Part shown: positions 28,130 to 37,999 of the stretch, piece after piece
Position numbering within the stretch: the first letter of the stretch is position 1
How the letters are laid out: each line of letters starts with the position of its first letter
Source of the DNA: an uncultured Acidimicrobiaceae bacterium
GTDB lineage: Bacteria > Actinomycetota > Acidimicrobiia > Acidimicrobiales > Bog-793
Length of the DNA: 64,000 nt
Assembly: GCA_963803025.1 (NCBI GenBank)
Contig: CAWDKZ010000013.1
Location: forward strand, 148,831 to 212,830
Direction: 5' to 3'
Translations under genes and position numbers: made by a program
The notes under the pieces: model-generated
Told to the model about the DNA's origin: nothing
The model's input: the letters and a program-made list of their open reading frames with translations, nothing else
Databases searched by the model: none

Positions 28130-28915
28130 ATGGGACATCTCGACAAGATCGACCTCTCCGCTTCGCTGACGCGGGAGAAGTCCGAACAGAAGATCGAACG
28201 GCTCCAGCTGCGCCTGCTCCACCTTCGCCTGGTGAGTGGCGGCCTGCTCGGCACGGGCGAGCTCGGCCCCCCGCTGTGCATCGTGTTCGAAGGGTGGGAC
28301 GCGTCCGGCAAGGGCGGTGCGATCAAACGGCTCGTCGGGCGGATCGATCCCCGGCACGTCTCCGTCGCCGAGTTCGGGGTCCCCTCGGAGGAGGAGAAGC
28401 GGCACCACTTCCTGTGGCGCTTCGGGGAGAGCCTGCCGGGCTGGGGAGAGATGAGCGTCTTCGACCGGTCGTGGTACGGGCGGGTGCTCGTCGAGCGGGT
28501 CGAGAAGCTCGTGAAGCCGGACGAGTGGAACCGCGCCTATGGCGAGATCAACGCCTTCGAGCACGGGCTCGTCGACGAGGGGATGACGCTCGTCAAGTTC
28601 TGGCTCCACATCTCCGACGAGGAACAGAAGCGTCGTTTCGAAGCCCGGCGCGACGACCCGCTCCGGCGATGGAAGCTCACCGACGAGGACTGGAGAAACC
28701 GCTCGAAGCGCGCCGAATACGTGAAGGCCGTCGAGGACATGCTCGACAAGACGGACAAGGGCTACGCCCCGTGGAACCTCGTCGCGGCGGAGAGCAAGCA
28801 CTACGCGCGTGTCGCGGTCCTGAAGACCGTCATCGCCCGCATGGAAGAGGGGATGCGCCGCTGGGGGATCGAGCCGCCGGTGTCCGAGGGATCGGACTAC
28901 GACAAGTCGACGTAG
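28130..28915 (+). CDS. ppk2: Polyphosphate kinase 2 family protein
   Basis: IVFEGWDASGKGGAIKRL, FDRSWYGRVLVERV, RRWKLTDEDWRNR. ATG at 28130. Confidence 0.9.
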   Translation: MGHLDKIDLSASLTREKSEQKIERLQLRLLHLRLVSGGLLGTGELGPPLCIVFEGWDASGKGGAIKRLVGRIDPRHVSVAEFGVPSEEEKRHHFLWRFGESLPGWGEMSVFDRSWYGRVLVERVEKLVKPDEWNRAYGEINAFEHGLVDEGMTLVKFWLHISDEEQKRRFEARRDDPLRRWKLTDEDWRNRSKRAEYVKAVEDMLDKTDKGYAPWNLVAAESKHYARVAVLKTVIARMEEGMRRWGIEPPVSEGSDYDKST

Positions 28916-28992
28916 CAACAGGCGAGACGTCTCACGCTGACGACAGCCTGTGGGTTCGTCCCCGAGGAGCAGATGGCCCGCGTTAGACGTGC

Positions 28993-29838
28993 TCAGGGGC
29001 GCTCGCGGGCCTGGGCGGCGAGTTCATCGAGGCATGCGTCGGGGACTGCGAGATCGCCCGTGCCGGTGCCGACGGCGATGTCCGGCCGATACGTCCCGTG
29101 GAAGTCCGATCCTCCCGTCGCGACGAGACCGTGGCGGAGGGCGAGACGGACGAGGTCTTCGCGTGTCGCCGGGTCGTAGTTGCCGTAGCGGGCCTCGAGC
29201 CCGGCGAGTCCGTCGGTGGCGAGTCCCGACACGAGGGCGTCGAATTCGTCGGGGGAAAGCCCTGCTGAAAGGGGATGGGCGAGGACGACCACGGCACCCG
29301 AGGCGCGCGCCCTCTCGATCACCAGCGATGGCGCGACCGGATTGCGCGCCGTGTAGGCGGGCGCTCCGGTCCTCAGGTAGCGGCCGAATGCCTCGTCGAT
29401 CGAGCCCACGACGCCCCGGCGCACGAGCGCGGCCGCGAAGTGCGGCCTGCCGACGACCGACCCGTGCGACTCGGCACGGACCTCCTCGTAGGAAAGCGGG
29501 ATGCCGAGCTCGGCGAAGCGCTTGACGATCGCCGCGTTGCGTGTTTCGCGGTCGACGCGGAGGCGCCCGAGCAGGTCGGCGAGTGGGTTGTGCCCGTCGG
29601 CGACGAAGTAGCACAGGAGGTGGATTGGACCCCTGTCGGACGTGGAGGAGACCTCACAGCCCGGAACGAAACGGATCCCCATTTCGTGGGCTCGCTCTGC
29701 CGCCGGGGCGATCCCGAACAGCCCGTCGTGATCCGTGAGCGACACCGCCGTGCAACCCGCTTCGGCGGCGAGCTCGACGACGCGTCCGGGAGATTCGCTG
29801 CCGTCCGAGCACGTCGAGTGGGTGTGGAGGTCGATCAC
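28993..29838 (-). CDS. PHP-domain phosphoesterase (TrpH/YciV type)
   Basis: GTG at 29838 gives VIDLHTHSTCSDGSESP...AVSLTDHDG. The longer track ORF overlaps purF and is rejected. Confidence 0.8.
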   Translation of the reverse strand: MIDLHTHSTCSDGSESPGRVVELAAEAGCTAVSLTDHDGLFGIAPAAERAHEMGIRFVPGCEVSSTSDRGPIHLLCYFVADGHNPLADLLGRLRVDRETRNAAIVKRFAELGIPLSYEEVRAESHGSVVGRPHFAAALVRRGVVGSIDEAFGRYLRTGAPAYTARNPVAPSLVIERARASGAVVVLAHPLSAGLSPDEFDALVSGLATDGLAGLEARYGNYDPATREDLVRLALRHGLVATGGSDFHGTYRPDIAVGTGTGDLAVPDACLDELAAQARERP

Positions 29839-29920
29839 TTCAAGAACCGTAGCGGCGGCGGTTCGCTTCGAGACGGGGGACCGAACCTGGCGACGGCACC
29901 GGAATGGCACAATGGCATGA

Positions 29921-31429
29921 GTGAGGGAGGCCTGCGGCGTCTTTGGCGTGTATGCGCCTCGCGTCGAGGTCGCGCCGCTTGTCTTTGACGGGTTGTTCAC
30001 GCTGCAGCACCGCGGACAGGAATCAGCCGGCATGGCGGTGAGCGACGGGCAGACGATCACCGTCGTGAAGGACATGGGCCTGGTGACGTCCGTGTTCACG
30101 CCGCACTCGCTCGACTCGTTGCAGGGCCACCTCGGGCTCGGCCACGTCCGCTACTCGACGATGGGTCAGAGCAACTGGCGCAACGCCCAACCCGTCTACC
30201 GGTCGCACGGTGACGCCGGCTTCGCGCTGGGGCACAACGGGAACCTCACGAACGTCGCCATGTTGGAATCCGAGGCGGGGATGCTCCCCGGGTTCACGCC
30301 GTCGGACAGCGACCTCATCGGCGAGCTCCTTGCTCGGGCGTTTCCCATCGCCGACGAGGGCTCCGTCGCAGAGGGCCTTGAGGAGGCTCTCTGCTCGGTC
30401 TTGCCGCGGCTCGAAGGGGCGTTCTCGCTCGGCTTGATTGACGCGACCCGTCTCTACGCGGTGCGTGACCCGAACGGCTTTCGTCCGTTGTGTCTCGGCC
30501 GTCTCGAGTGGCCGGACGAGGAGGGCTGGGCGGTCGCCTCCGAAAGTCCCGCGCTCGCGACCGTGGGCGCGAGCTTCGTGCGCGAGATCGAACCGGGCGA
30601 ACTCGTCGTCATCGGCCAAGACGGCGTCCGTTCGTTGCGGCCGTTCCCGCCCGCTCGCGTCGTGCCGAAGCTGTGCGTCTTCGAGTTCGTCTACTTCGCG
30701 CGGCCGGACGCCGAGCTGTACGGGAGGGAAGTTCACGCCGCGCGCCGCAGGATGGGCGAGCGACTCGCGGACGAGTCGCCCGTCGAGGCCGACCTGGTGA
30801 TCGGCGTGCCGGACTCCGGTGTCCCGGCCGCGGAGGGATTCTCGGTTCGCAGCGGGATCCCGTTCGGGCAGGGACTCGTGAAGAACCGCTACATCGGGCG
30901 GACGTTCATCGCTCCGACCGTGGCGGCCCGTTCAGACGGCGTCCGGCGCAAGCTCAACCCGTTGCGGGAAAGCGTCGGGGGCAAGCGACTTGTCGTCATC
31001 GACGACTCGATCGTGCGCGGCACGACGACGAGCCAGATCGTACGGGTCCTGCGCGAGGCGGGAGCACGCGAGATCCACCTCCGGATCTCGTCGCCGCCGT
31101 TTCGTTGGCCCTGTTTTTACGGGATCGACACCCCCGTGCGGGAGGAGCTGCTCGCCGCCTTTTCGGACACCGCGGGAATCGCCGCCCAACTCGGTGCGGA
31201 TTCCGTCGCGTACCTGTCGCTGGAAGGGTTGTTTCAGGCCATCGGCGTCCCGGGGTCCGAGTTCTGTTCGGCTTGTCTTTCCGGCGAGTACCCGACTCGG
31301 GTTTCCCTGTCCGCGCCGGACGCCGCCGGCGTTGCGGCCCGCGGAACCTCGGTGCCGCCGGCCGGGTCCGATCGCGTGGTCGCCGGCCACGGGGGGAGTC
31401 TGTGGTCGGGACCGGCGTCGATCCGGTGA
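29921..31429 (+). CDS. purF: Amidophosphoribosyltransferase
   Basis: N-terminal nucleophile MREACGVFGVY, then LQHRGQESAGM and VIDDSIVRGTT (PRPP site). Confidence 0.95.
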   Translation: MREACGVFGVYAPRVEVAPLVFDGLFTLQHRGQESAGMAVSDGQTITVVKDMGLVTSVFTPHSLDSLQGHLGLGHVRYSTMGQSNWRNAQPVYRSHGDAGFALGHNGNLTNVAMLESEAGMLPGFTPSDSDLIGELLARAFPIADEGSVAEGLEEALCSVLPRLEGAFSLGLIDATRLYAVRDPNGFRPLCLGRLEWPDEEGWAVASESPALATVGASFVREIEPGELVVIGQDGVRSLRPFPPARVVPKLCVFEFVYFARPDAELYGREVHAARRRMGERLADESPVEADLVIGVPDSGVPAAEGFSVRSGIPFGQGLVKNRYIGRTFIAPTVAARSDGVRRKLNPLRESVGGKRLVVIDDSIVRGTTTSQIVRVLREAGAREIHLRISSPPFRWPCFYGIDTPVREELLAAFSDTAGIAAQLGADSVAYLSLEGLFQAIGVPGSEFCSACLSGEYPTRVSLSAPDAAGVAARGTSVPPAGSDRVVAGHGGSLWSGPASIR

Positions 31430-31475
31430 CCTCGCGCTTTTCAGGCGCGCGCTCTGCCTGCTGAGCTACCCGACC
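31403..31475 (-). tRNA. tRNA-Phe (anticodon GAA)
   Basis: Hand-folded: GGTCGGG/CCCGACC acceptor, anticodon loop CTGAAAA, T-arm ACCGG-ATCGACG-CCGGT. Overlaps the last 27 nt of the purF ORF. Confidence 0.8.
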
Positions 31476-31556
31476 ATGCCGACGATTGTCGACGCGTCCA
31501 TTGTGCCCGACGCGCGACGCTGCGGGGGAAAGTCGGTCAGCGCAGCGACCATTCAG

Positions 31557-31630
31557 CGGACCTGACGGGATTTGAACCCGCGACCTCCGGCTTGACAGGC
31601 CAGCGTGCACTCCAGGCTGCACCACAGGTC
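31557..31630 (-). tRNA. tRNA-Asp (anticodon GTC)
   Basis: GGACCTG/CAGGTCC acceptor, anticodon loop CTGTCAA, T-loop GGGTTCAAATCCC. Confidence 0.9.
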
Positions 31631-31727
31631 CTTGTCCGCTCGTCCCTCGGATCGCCTCGATCGTGCGTCCCCGGGCGGGCGGGAATGCCCGCTGATCCTA
31701 GGCGATAGCGCGCGGCCGGCGATCGAA

Positions 31728-31800
31728 GCACCCCCAACGGGATTCGAACCCGTGTTTCCGCCTTGAAGGGGCGATGTCCTCGGCCGCTGGACGATGGGGG
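31728..31800 (-). tRNA. tRNA-Glu (anticodon TTC)
   Basis: GCCCCCA acceptor, anticodon arm TCGCC-CCTTCAA-GGCGG, 4-nt variable loop, T-loop GGGTTCGAATCCC. Glu-Asp-Phe gene order as in mycobacteria. Confidence 0.85.
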
Positions 31801-31910
31801 CTCGGTCCGAATGGAGCGCGCGGAGATTACCAGTGACCTGCATGCCGGCGTCACAGCGCTCGTTCCCGCCACGGCGCGGCGACCATCTCGGGCGGCCCGG
31901 GATGTGCCGG

Positions 31911-32528
31911 TCACGGGTCCCGCGGCACGGGAGTGCCGTCCCAGCGCAGGCCACCCGGGGGGTCTCCCCAGGGGTCGTCGGGTGTCGCGCGGTCTGCGGT
32001 CGGCGGTGTCCGCGGCAAGAGCTCGGCGAGCGAGTCGACGACCAGTGACTCGAGGTACGTGAGGTAGTCGTAACAGAGCCATTCCGCGTACCTCGGATCG
32101 TCCGGCGAGGGTTCGACCATCTCCTCGGTCACCCCGAGCGACGCGCCCATGACGATCCGCAGGTCGTTCAGCGCGGCGAGCCACGCCTCGGCCTCGTCGT
32201 CGGTGAGGCGTGTGGCTGATGCCGTGCGCGCGAGGACCGCGAGGGCATTTCGATGGTGTTCGACGAGATCAGCGCGCACGAGGCTGACGTAATTCGCCTC
32301 GGCCGACGCGTCGGTCGGGTACGCGGCCGGGAAGAGCCGACGCAGCCCCCCGGGGAGTTCCTCGTCGGACTCGCCGACCACGGCGAGTGCCTCCGTGAGC
32401 TGGGCCGGGATCGAGGAGAGCAAGGCGCGCTCGACCGGAGAGAGCGACAGCGCGAACCCGCGGTCGGTGCGGGCGAGGACAGGTGGGCGTTCGCGCGCGC
32501 TCAACTCTGGTGCTCCAGGGTCGCCCAC
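31911..32528 (-). CDS. Conserved actinobacterial hypothetical protein (DUF2017-like, usual clpS neighbour)
   Basis: Acidic protein whose start overlaps the clpS 3' end. The family assignment is from memory of clpS neighbourhoods and is not verified. Confidence 0.5.
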   Translation of the reverse strand: MGDPGAPELSARERPPVLARTDRGFALSLSPVERALLSSIPAQLTEALAVVGESDEELPGGLRRLFPAAYPTDASAEANYVSLVRADLVEHHRNALAVLARTASATRLTDDEAEAWLAALNDLRIVMGASLGVTEEMVEPSPDDPRYAEWLCYDYLTYLESLVVDSLAELLPRTPPTADRATPDDPWGDPPGGLRWDGTPVPRDP

Positions 32529-32791
32529 AGGCCGTGGCGGTGGAGGCGGGCGACATCGAGCTCGGCGCGTTCACGCGGACCCGAGGCGACCACGGCGCGG
32601 CCTTTCCGATGCACGTCCAACATGAGTCGGGTGGCCTTGGCGAACGAGTAGCCGAACAACTTCTGGAAGACGTAGGTGACGTAGCTCATCAAGTTTACCG
32701 GGTCGTTCCAGACGATGACGAGCCACGGCCGGTCGACGCCCAAGTCGTCGTGGGTGGCGGGTTCCACGTCGACCATGGGGCCGCTCACCAT
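32501..32791 (-). CDS. clpS: ATP-dependent Clp protease adaptor ClpS
   Basis: [46 protein letters not shown]. Confidence 0.9.
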   Translation of the reverse strand: MVSGPMVDVEPATHDDLGVDRPWLVIVWNDPVNLMSYVTYVFQKLFGYSFAKATRLMLDVHRKGRAVVASGPRERAELDVARLHRHGLWATLEHQS

Positions 32792-32838
32792 CGGGGCACG
32801 CAGCTCTCCGCCGATCGTTGTCAGACGCCCACGGCCCG

Positions 32839-33633
32839 CTAGTGGCGGCGAGCCGTCTCGAAGCGGTAGCCGAGGCCGCGGATCGTCGTGATGAGCTTCG
32901 GTTGGGACGGATTGACCTCGATGTGGGCGCGCAGCCGCTTCACATGGACGTCAAGTGTCTTCGTGTCGCCGACGTAGTCCGCGCCCCAGACCCGCGAGAT
33001 CAGCGTGTCACGGGTGAGAACCCGACCCGCCCTGAGGAGCAGCTGTTCGAGGAGTTCGAACTCCTTCAGCGGCAAGGTGACCTCGCTGCCCCGGACGGTG
33101 CATTCGTGGCGGTCGAGATCGAGCGTCACGTCGCCAACCTCGAGCACGTTGCGGGGGAACACGTCCGACGCCGACGACATCGCGGTTTCCGTCGCCGTCG
33201 ACCGTGGACTTTCCTTGGATTCCACCCGTTGCGTCCTGCGAAGCACGGCGCGCATGCGAGACACGAGCTCGTGCAGGCGGTAGGGCTTGGCCACGTAGTC
33301 GTCGGCGCCGACCTCGAGGCCGACGACCGTGTCGATTTCGGTGGTCTTCGCCGTGACCATGATGATCGGCACCGCCGAACGCGTTCGGATCGTCCGGCAC
33401 ACGTCGAGCCCCGAGATCTTCGGCAGCATGATGTCGAGCAGGATCAGATCGGGTTCGCTTTCTTTGAAGCGCTCGAGTGCTTCGGCGCCGTCGCGTGCGA
33501 CCGTGATGGCGAAGCCTTCGCGCTCGAGCCCGATGACGAGTGCATCGACGAAGGATTCCTCGTCCTCCGCGAGCAGTACCTCGATGCGCCTGTCCGTTGC
33601 CGCGCGTTCGTCGGAATCCGTCGTGGCGGTCAT
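32839..33633 (-). CDS. OmpR/PhoB-family response regulator (RegX3/PhoP-like)
   Basis: Receiver domain (VLLAEDEE...[16 protein letters not shown]...MVTAK) and winged-helix output ([13 protein letters not shown]...LDVHVKRLR...IRGLGYRF). Confidence 0.85.
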   Translation of the reverse strand: MTATTDSDERAATDRRIEVLLAEDEESFVDALVIGLEREGFAITVARDGAEALERFKESEPDLILLDIMLPKISGLDVCRTIRTRSAVPIIMVTAKTTEIDTVVGLEVGADDYVAKPYRLHELVSRMRAVLRRTQRVESKESPRSTATETAMSSASDVFPRNVLEVGDVTLDLDRHECTVRGSEVTLPLKEFELLEQLLLRAGRVLTRDTLISRVWGADYVGDTKTLDVHVKRLRAHIEVNPSQPKLITTIRGLGYRFETARRH

Positions 33634-34886
33634 TGGTCACCTCTTCCCTGCAAGGGGAGTCGGAGCGTAAACGTTGAGCCTTCGCCCTCGCGCGAGTCGA
33701 CGTGGACACTGCCGTGGTGGCTGTTCGCGACGTGGCGGACGATCGAAAGACCAAGCCCCGTTCCGCCGGTCGATCGGCTCCGTCCGTGGTCGACGCGGTA
33801 GAAACGCTCGAAGATCCGTTCGAGATCGCGAGTCGGTATCCCCAGTCCCTTGTCGGCAACAGCGATGGCGACGTCGTCGCCGTCGAGGTAGCCGATGAAG
33901 TCGACGACTCCGCCTTCGTAGGAGAACTTCACTGCGTTCTCGAGCAGGTTGTAGAGCGCCGAGGTCAGTTGGCGGCGGTCGCCGAGCACCGCGACCGGCG
34001 GGGAGGGTTCCTCGAGTTCGATCTCGACGCCCCGTTGCTCGGCCGCCGACCGGACTCGTTCTGCGGCTTCGGCCATGACGAGGTTGACCAACACGGGTTC
34101 GCGCGGTGGTGACTCCTCGTTCTCGATGCGCGACAGATCCAGCAGGTCGTCGATGATCCGAGAGATGCGGAATGCCTCGGAGTGGATACGTTGCGCGAGA
34201 CGCCTCGACACCTCGGGTTCGGTCTCGGTGAGCAGCGTCTCGGCGAGAAGCCCGAGCGCACCCATCGGCGTCTTCAGCTCGTGGCTGACGTTGGCGACGA
34301 AGTCCCGGCGGACTTCCTCGAGCCGACGCCGTTCGGAGACGTCATCGATGATGGCGATGACCCCGAGCGTCCGCTGGCCGTTGTCGATGGTCTGCGTCCG
34401 GACCGACAATGTCCGGCGCGGCGGGCCGTAAAGCTCGAGGGTGCGCTCCTCGGAAGCACCCGGCGACGTCGTGCCGAGCAACTCGTCGACCGCTTGCGCG
34501 GCGAGAGCGTCGCCGTGGCGGCTGCCCATCAGTGCGAGGGCGCGGCTGTTACGAAAGACCACTTCACCGTGCTCGTCACAGACGATCACGGCCTGGGCGA
34601 GGGAATCGAGGACCTGGCGCAGCCGGATGGCGTCTGCGCTCGAATCGGCGACCGCCTCGGCCGCATGCTCGGTCGCGCGCTCGACGTGACCAAGCGCATC
34701 CTCGATTCGCTTGGGGTCTCTCGGCAGCGGGTCGGCACCGAGCCGATCGCCGAGGGCGACCAGTCTCTGCTTGAGCGCGTGCACACCACGTCGGCTGCCG
34801 ATGGCGTACGCCACGCCAACGAGTACGACGAAGATGGCAGCTGCGATCGGCAGGTTGAGAACGGTCGCTCGCAGGACGGCGATCAC
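33630..34886 (-). CDS. Sensor histidine kinase (SenX3/PhoR-like; TM, PAS, HisKA, HATPase)
   Basis: H-box FVANVSHELKTPM, N/G boxes LYNLLENAVKF and DKGLGIP...GGTGLGLSIV. ATGA-coupled to the regulator. Confidence 0.85.
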   Translation of the reverse strand: MIAVLRATVLNLPIAAAIFVVLVGVAYAIGSRRGVHALKQRLVALGDRLGADPLPRDPKRIEDALGHVERATEHAAEAVADSSADAIRLRQVLDSLAQAVIVCDEHGEVVFRNSRALALMGSRHGDALAAQAVDELLGTTSPGASEERTLELYGPPRRTLSVRTQTIDNGQRTLGVIAIIDDVSERRRLEEVRRDFVANVSHELKTPMGALGLLAETLLTETEPEVSRRLAQRIHSEAFRISRIIDDLLDLSRIENEESPPREPVLVNLVMAEAAERVRSAAEQRGVEIELEEPSPPVAVLGDRRQLTSALYNLLENAVKFSYEGGVVDFIGYLDGDDVAIAVADKGLGIPTRDLERIFERFYRVDHGRSRSTGGTGLGLSIVRHVANSHHGSVHVDSREGEGSTFTLRLPLQGRGDQ

Positions 34887-34953
34887 GGCAACCGCCGAGG
34901 AACTGGCACACCTCCAGCATTGCAGTTTGGGGGATGGTTTCCCGCGCCGATTA

Positions 34954-34978
34954 TGAAAGCTATTGAAATAGCATGAAA
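34954..34978. promoter_or_regulatory. Three TGAAA direct repeats at exact 10-bp spacing in the senX3/T4SS-like divergent promoter region
   Basis: TGAAA at 34954, 34964 and 34974, inside the only AT-rich stretch of the 227-bp intergenic region. On the senX3 strand it reads TTCAT-n5-TTCAA-n5-TTCAT. Confidence 0.45.
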
Positions 34979-35113
34979 CTTAGTGTACGGTGACGACCGC
35001 GCGTCGGAAGGCTGCCGTTGCTGGTGGGATCCGAACGCCGCCGCTCGTCGGGACTGCCCGACCGTCCGGTCGCGACGACCGGACCCATCGTCTCTATCCC
35101 GAGGAGGGGCACC

Positions 35114-35434
35114 GTGTCGACCGTCCTTGCAATCGTGTCCGGCTGCTTTGTCGAGTCTGGCACGCTTTCGCTCAACCCGAACTCCCAGGGCCTCCCGGGC
35201 AGCGGGACACTGCAGGATCTCGTGAACGGGATCGGCTTCTGGGGACTGCTCGCGGCGTTGGCGGGGTTGGTCATCGGCGCCGCGACGTGGGCACTCGGCG
35301 CGCACACGAACAACTATCAGAACGCGTCCACCGGTCGGCGTGCCGTGCTCGTCTCCGCGGCTGCGGCGCTCGTCATCGGCGCGGCGCCGACGCTGCTCAA
35401 CTTCCTGTTCAACGCCGGTCAGAGTTTGCACTGA
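35114..35434 (+). CDS. Small two-helix membrane protein, VirB2/TrbC pilin-like topology
   Basis: GTG 6 nt after GAGGAGG. A short N-terminus ends in VSGC. Two hydrophobic helices (FWGLLAALAGLVIGAATWALG; AVLVSAAAALVIGAAPTLL) are separated by a polar loop. Confidence 0.45.
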   Translation: MSTVLAIVSGCFVESGTLSLNPNSQGLPGSGTLQDLVNGIGFWGLLAALAGLVIGAATWALGAHTNNYQNASTGRRAVLVSAAAALVIGAAPTLLNFLFNAGQSLH

Positions 35435-35437
35435 GCC

Positions 35438-36581
35438 GTGCGGCCCGGTGCAGTGGTTGGCCAAGCTGCCGGACACGACTCTGTGCTTGCCGGGATCATC
35501 TCGATCAGCGTTGGCGCCCTCGTCAACGGCTTACTCAACGGCATTACCAGCTGGATAGAGAGCGGAACGGCGGCGCTGCTCACGGCGTTCGGTCACGCGC
35601 TCGAATGCCACGACGAGTTCACCCCTCGGCAACGGGTTCGGCACAGAGTTCGGCGTCGTGTGGAAGATCGGTGCGCTTCTCACACTGCCGTTCCTTCTGC
35701 TCGCAACCATCCATGCTGTCGTTCGACAGGACCTCAGCCTGATCACGCGAGCCGTGTTCGTGCGGCTGCCGTTCGCCGTGCTCTTCGGGGGCCTCGCCGT
35801 CGAGCTCGTCACCCAAGCGCTTGCCGTGACCGATTCGCTGAGTTCGGCGATCCTCGCCGCGGCCGGCCATCCGGCGCGCCTCGAGATCAACCAGCTGGTC
35901 GGGGCCTTCGCGCCAGGGTTCGGTGGGAACGTCCTGTCGGGATTCGTCGGCGTGCTGTTTGCTCTGCTCGCCGCCGCCGTGGCGTTCATCCTCTGGGTCG
36001 AGCTGATCGTGCGATCTGCCGCGGTCGCGGTCGCGACGCTATTCATGCCAATCGCGCTCGCCGGACTCGTGTGGTCAGCCACAGCGCACTGGGCGCGCCG
36101 CGTCGGTGAAACACTCGCCGCGCTCATCTTCTCGAAGCTCGTCATCGCTGGCGTGCTCGCCCTGGCGGCGTTGTCACTCGGAGCCGCCTCCGGTTTGTCG
36201 GGCGTGGTCCAAGGCATCGCCCTCCTCGCCTTGGCGGCGCTCTCGCCGTTCACGCTGCTGAAGCTGATCCCGCTGTTCGAGTCCGGTGCGGTTTCGCACC
36301 TCGAAGGTGTCGCCCGTCGTGGATCTCGCGCGGCGTTGGATGCCGCGGCCCTCGTCGCCGGTCCAGGAGATCTCCTCGAGGCCGGTGCCGTGCCTGGCGG
36401 CGATACGGCGGTCGAGTTCGCCCAGGGTGCGCGCCTGACGGGAGCCGAGTACCTGGCGACAGTCGCGCACTTCCGTGAGGAGATCGCACAGCACGACGCG
36501 TTGAGCGATGCACCCGAGGCCGGGCCCGAGCACGTCGACGCCCGCGAGGCGTCGCGTGAAGCCGGAAGCGACGATGACTGA
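35438..36581 (+). CDS. Polytopic membrane protein, VirB6/TrbL-like, with an apparent +1 frameshift near 35559-35630
   Basis: The N-terminal frame (SVLAGIISISVGALVNGLLNGITSWIESGTAALLTAFGHAL) and the downstream frame (LGNGFGTEFGVVWKIGALLTLPFLLLATI..., at least 6 TM) are contiguous only after a 1-nt shift. The span is 1144 nt, which is 3n+1. Confidence 0.55.
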
Positions 36582-37999
36582 CGACAAGGAGCGCTTTCGG
36601 TTCGGTCCCCGCGACCGCCGCGGACTCGTTGCCGGTGCCCGTGCGGGTCAGCTCGCCGTCGTCGCGCTCGCGCTTGTCGTGTCCGTCGTCGTGCTCCGTG
36701 CACTGGGTGGACCGGCGCGCGGGCCCGTCGCGCTCGCGGTCGTGCTCGTCGCGGTCGGGTCGGTGAGTTGGCCGATCAACGGGCGCACGCTCGACGAATG
36801 GGTGCCCGTGGTCGTCCGTTTCGCATCCGGCGCCATCGCTGGTGGCCGACAAGATGCCGTCGGCGTTCACCGCGGGGGCGACACCCGCCGTGCGCCATCG
36901 CTGTTCGGTTCGTTCGAGGTCTCTGAGGTCGCGACCGATTCGTCCGGATCGATCGGCGTCGTCCGCGATCGACAACTCGGGACGGTGACGGCGTTGCTCG
37001 CTCTCGGTGGCGAATCGTTTTCGCTCCTCGGCGAGGCCGATCGGGCACGCCGCATCGACGGCTGGGCGAGCGTGCTCGCGAGTGTCGCACGCGAGGCCGG
37101 TTCGGTGCACCGTCTGCAGTGGATCGAGAGGACCGTCCCGGATCCGGGCGATGCCCTCCTCGCCCATCTCGAGGAGGCGGTCGCGGCGTCGGGCGGATTC
37201 GATGGCACCACCTTCGCCGTCCAGCGTTCCTACCGCGAACTGCTCGCCACCGAATGTTCCCGAGCGCTCGCTCACGAGCTCTACTTCGCGCTGACCGTCC
37301 GTGGTCCGCGGCGTCCCGGTGCGGGAGACGAGCGTGTGGCGGCGACGCTCGAGACGGAGATTGCGCTCCTCGACGAGCGCTGCCGGCGCGCTGGGCTCGA
37401 GGTGATCGGGGTCCTCACCACCCGCGGCATCGCCTCGGCCTTGCGGCGTGGCTTCGACGTCGTTCCGGCGCCGAAGCCGGCGGAATGGCCTTGGCCGGTG
37501 GCCGTCTCGTCAACCTGGACCTCGTTCCGGACCGACGGGCTGTGGCACGCGACGTTTTGGATCGCGGAATGGCCACGGCACGAGGTCGGCAGCGATTTCC
37601 TGGTGCCGCTCCTCGTTGGCGCAGGAGACCGTCGGGCCGTGTCGGTCGTCATGGCGCCGGTCCCGCCGCTGCGCGCCGTCCGCACGGCCGAGCACGCCCG
37701 CACGTCCGGCGTCGCCGACGCCGAGCTCCGTCGTCAACACGGCTTTGCCCTCACGGCGAGAGTCCGGCGGGAGCACGAGGCGGTGGTGCAACGCGAGCAC
37801 GAGCTCGCCGAGGGTCATGGGGCCTATCGCTTCTCCGCCTATGTCACCGTCGAGCGCGCCAAGCCCGGGCGAGCTCGACCGGGCTTGCCACCGGGTGGAG
37901 CACGCGTCCGCTCTGGCGGGACTCGACCTCTGCCGGCTCTACGGAACGCAGGCCGAGGCGTTCTGCTGCACGCTTCCCGTCGGTCGCGGATGCGAATGA
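36574..37999 (+). CDS. VirB4 N-terminal-half-like protein (actinobacterial SCO6880-like) with an apparent +1 frameshift near 37849-37869
   Basis: MTDDKERFRFGPRDRRGLVAG followed by a TM hairpin. The C-terminus PGELDRACHRVEHASALAGLDLCRLYGTQAEAFCCTLPVGRGCE reads in the next frame and ends in an ATGA overlap with the ATPase gene. Confidence 0.6.
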
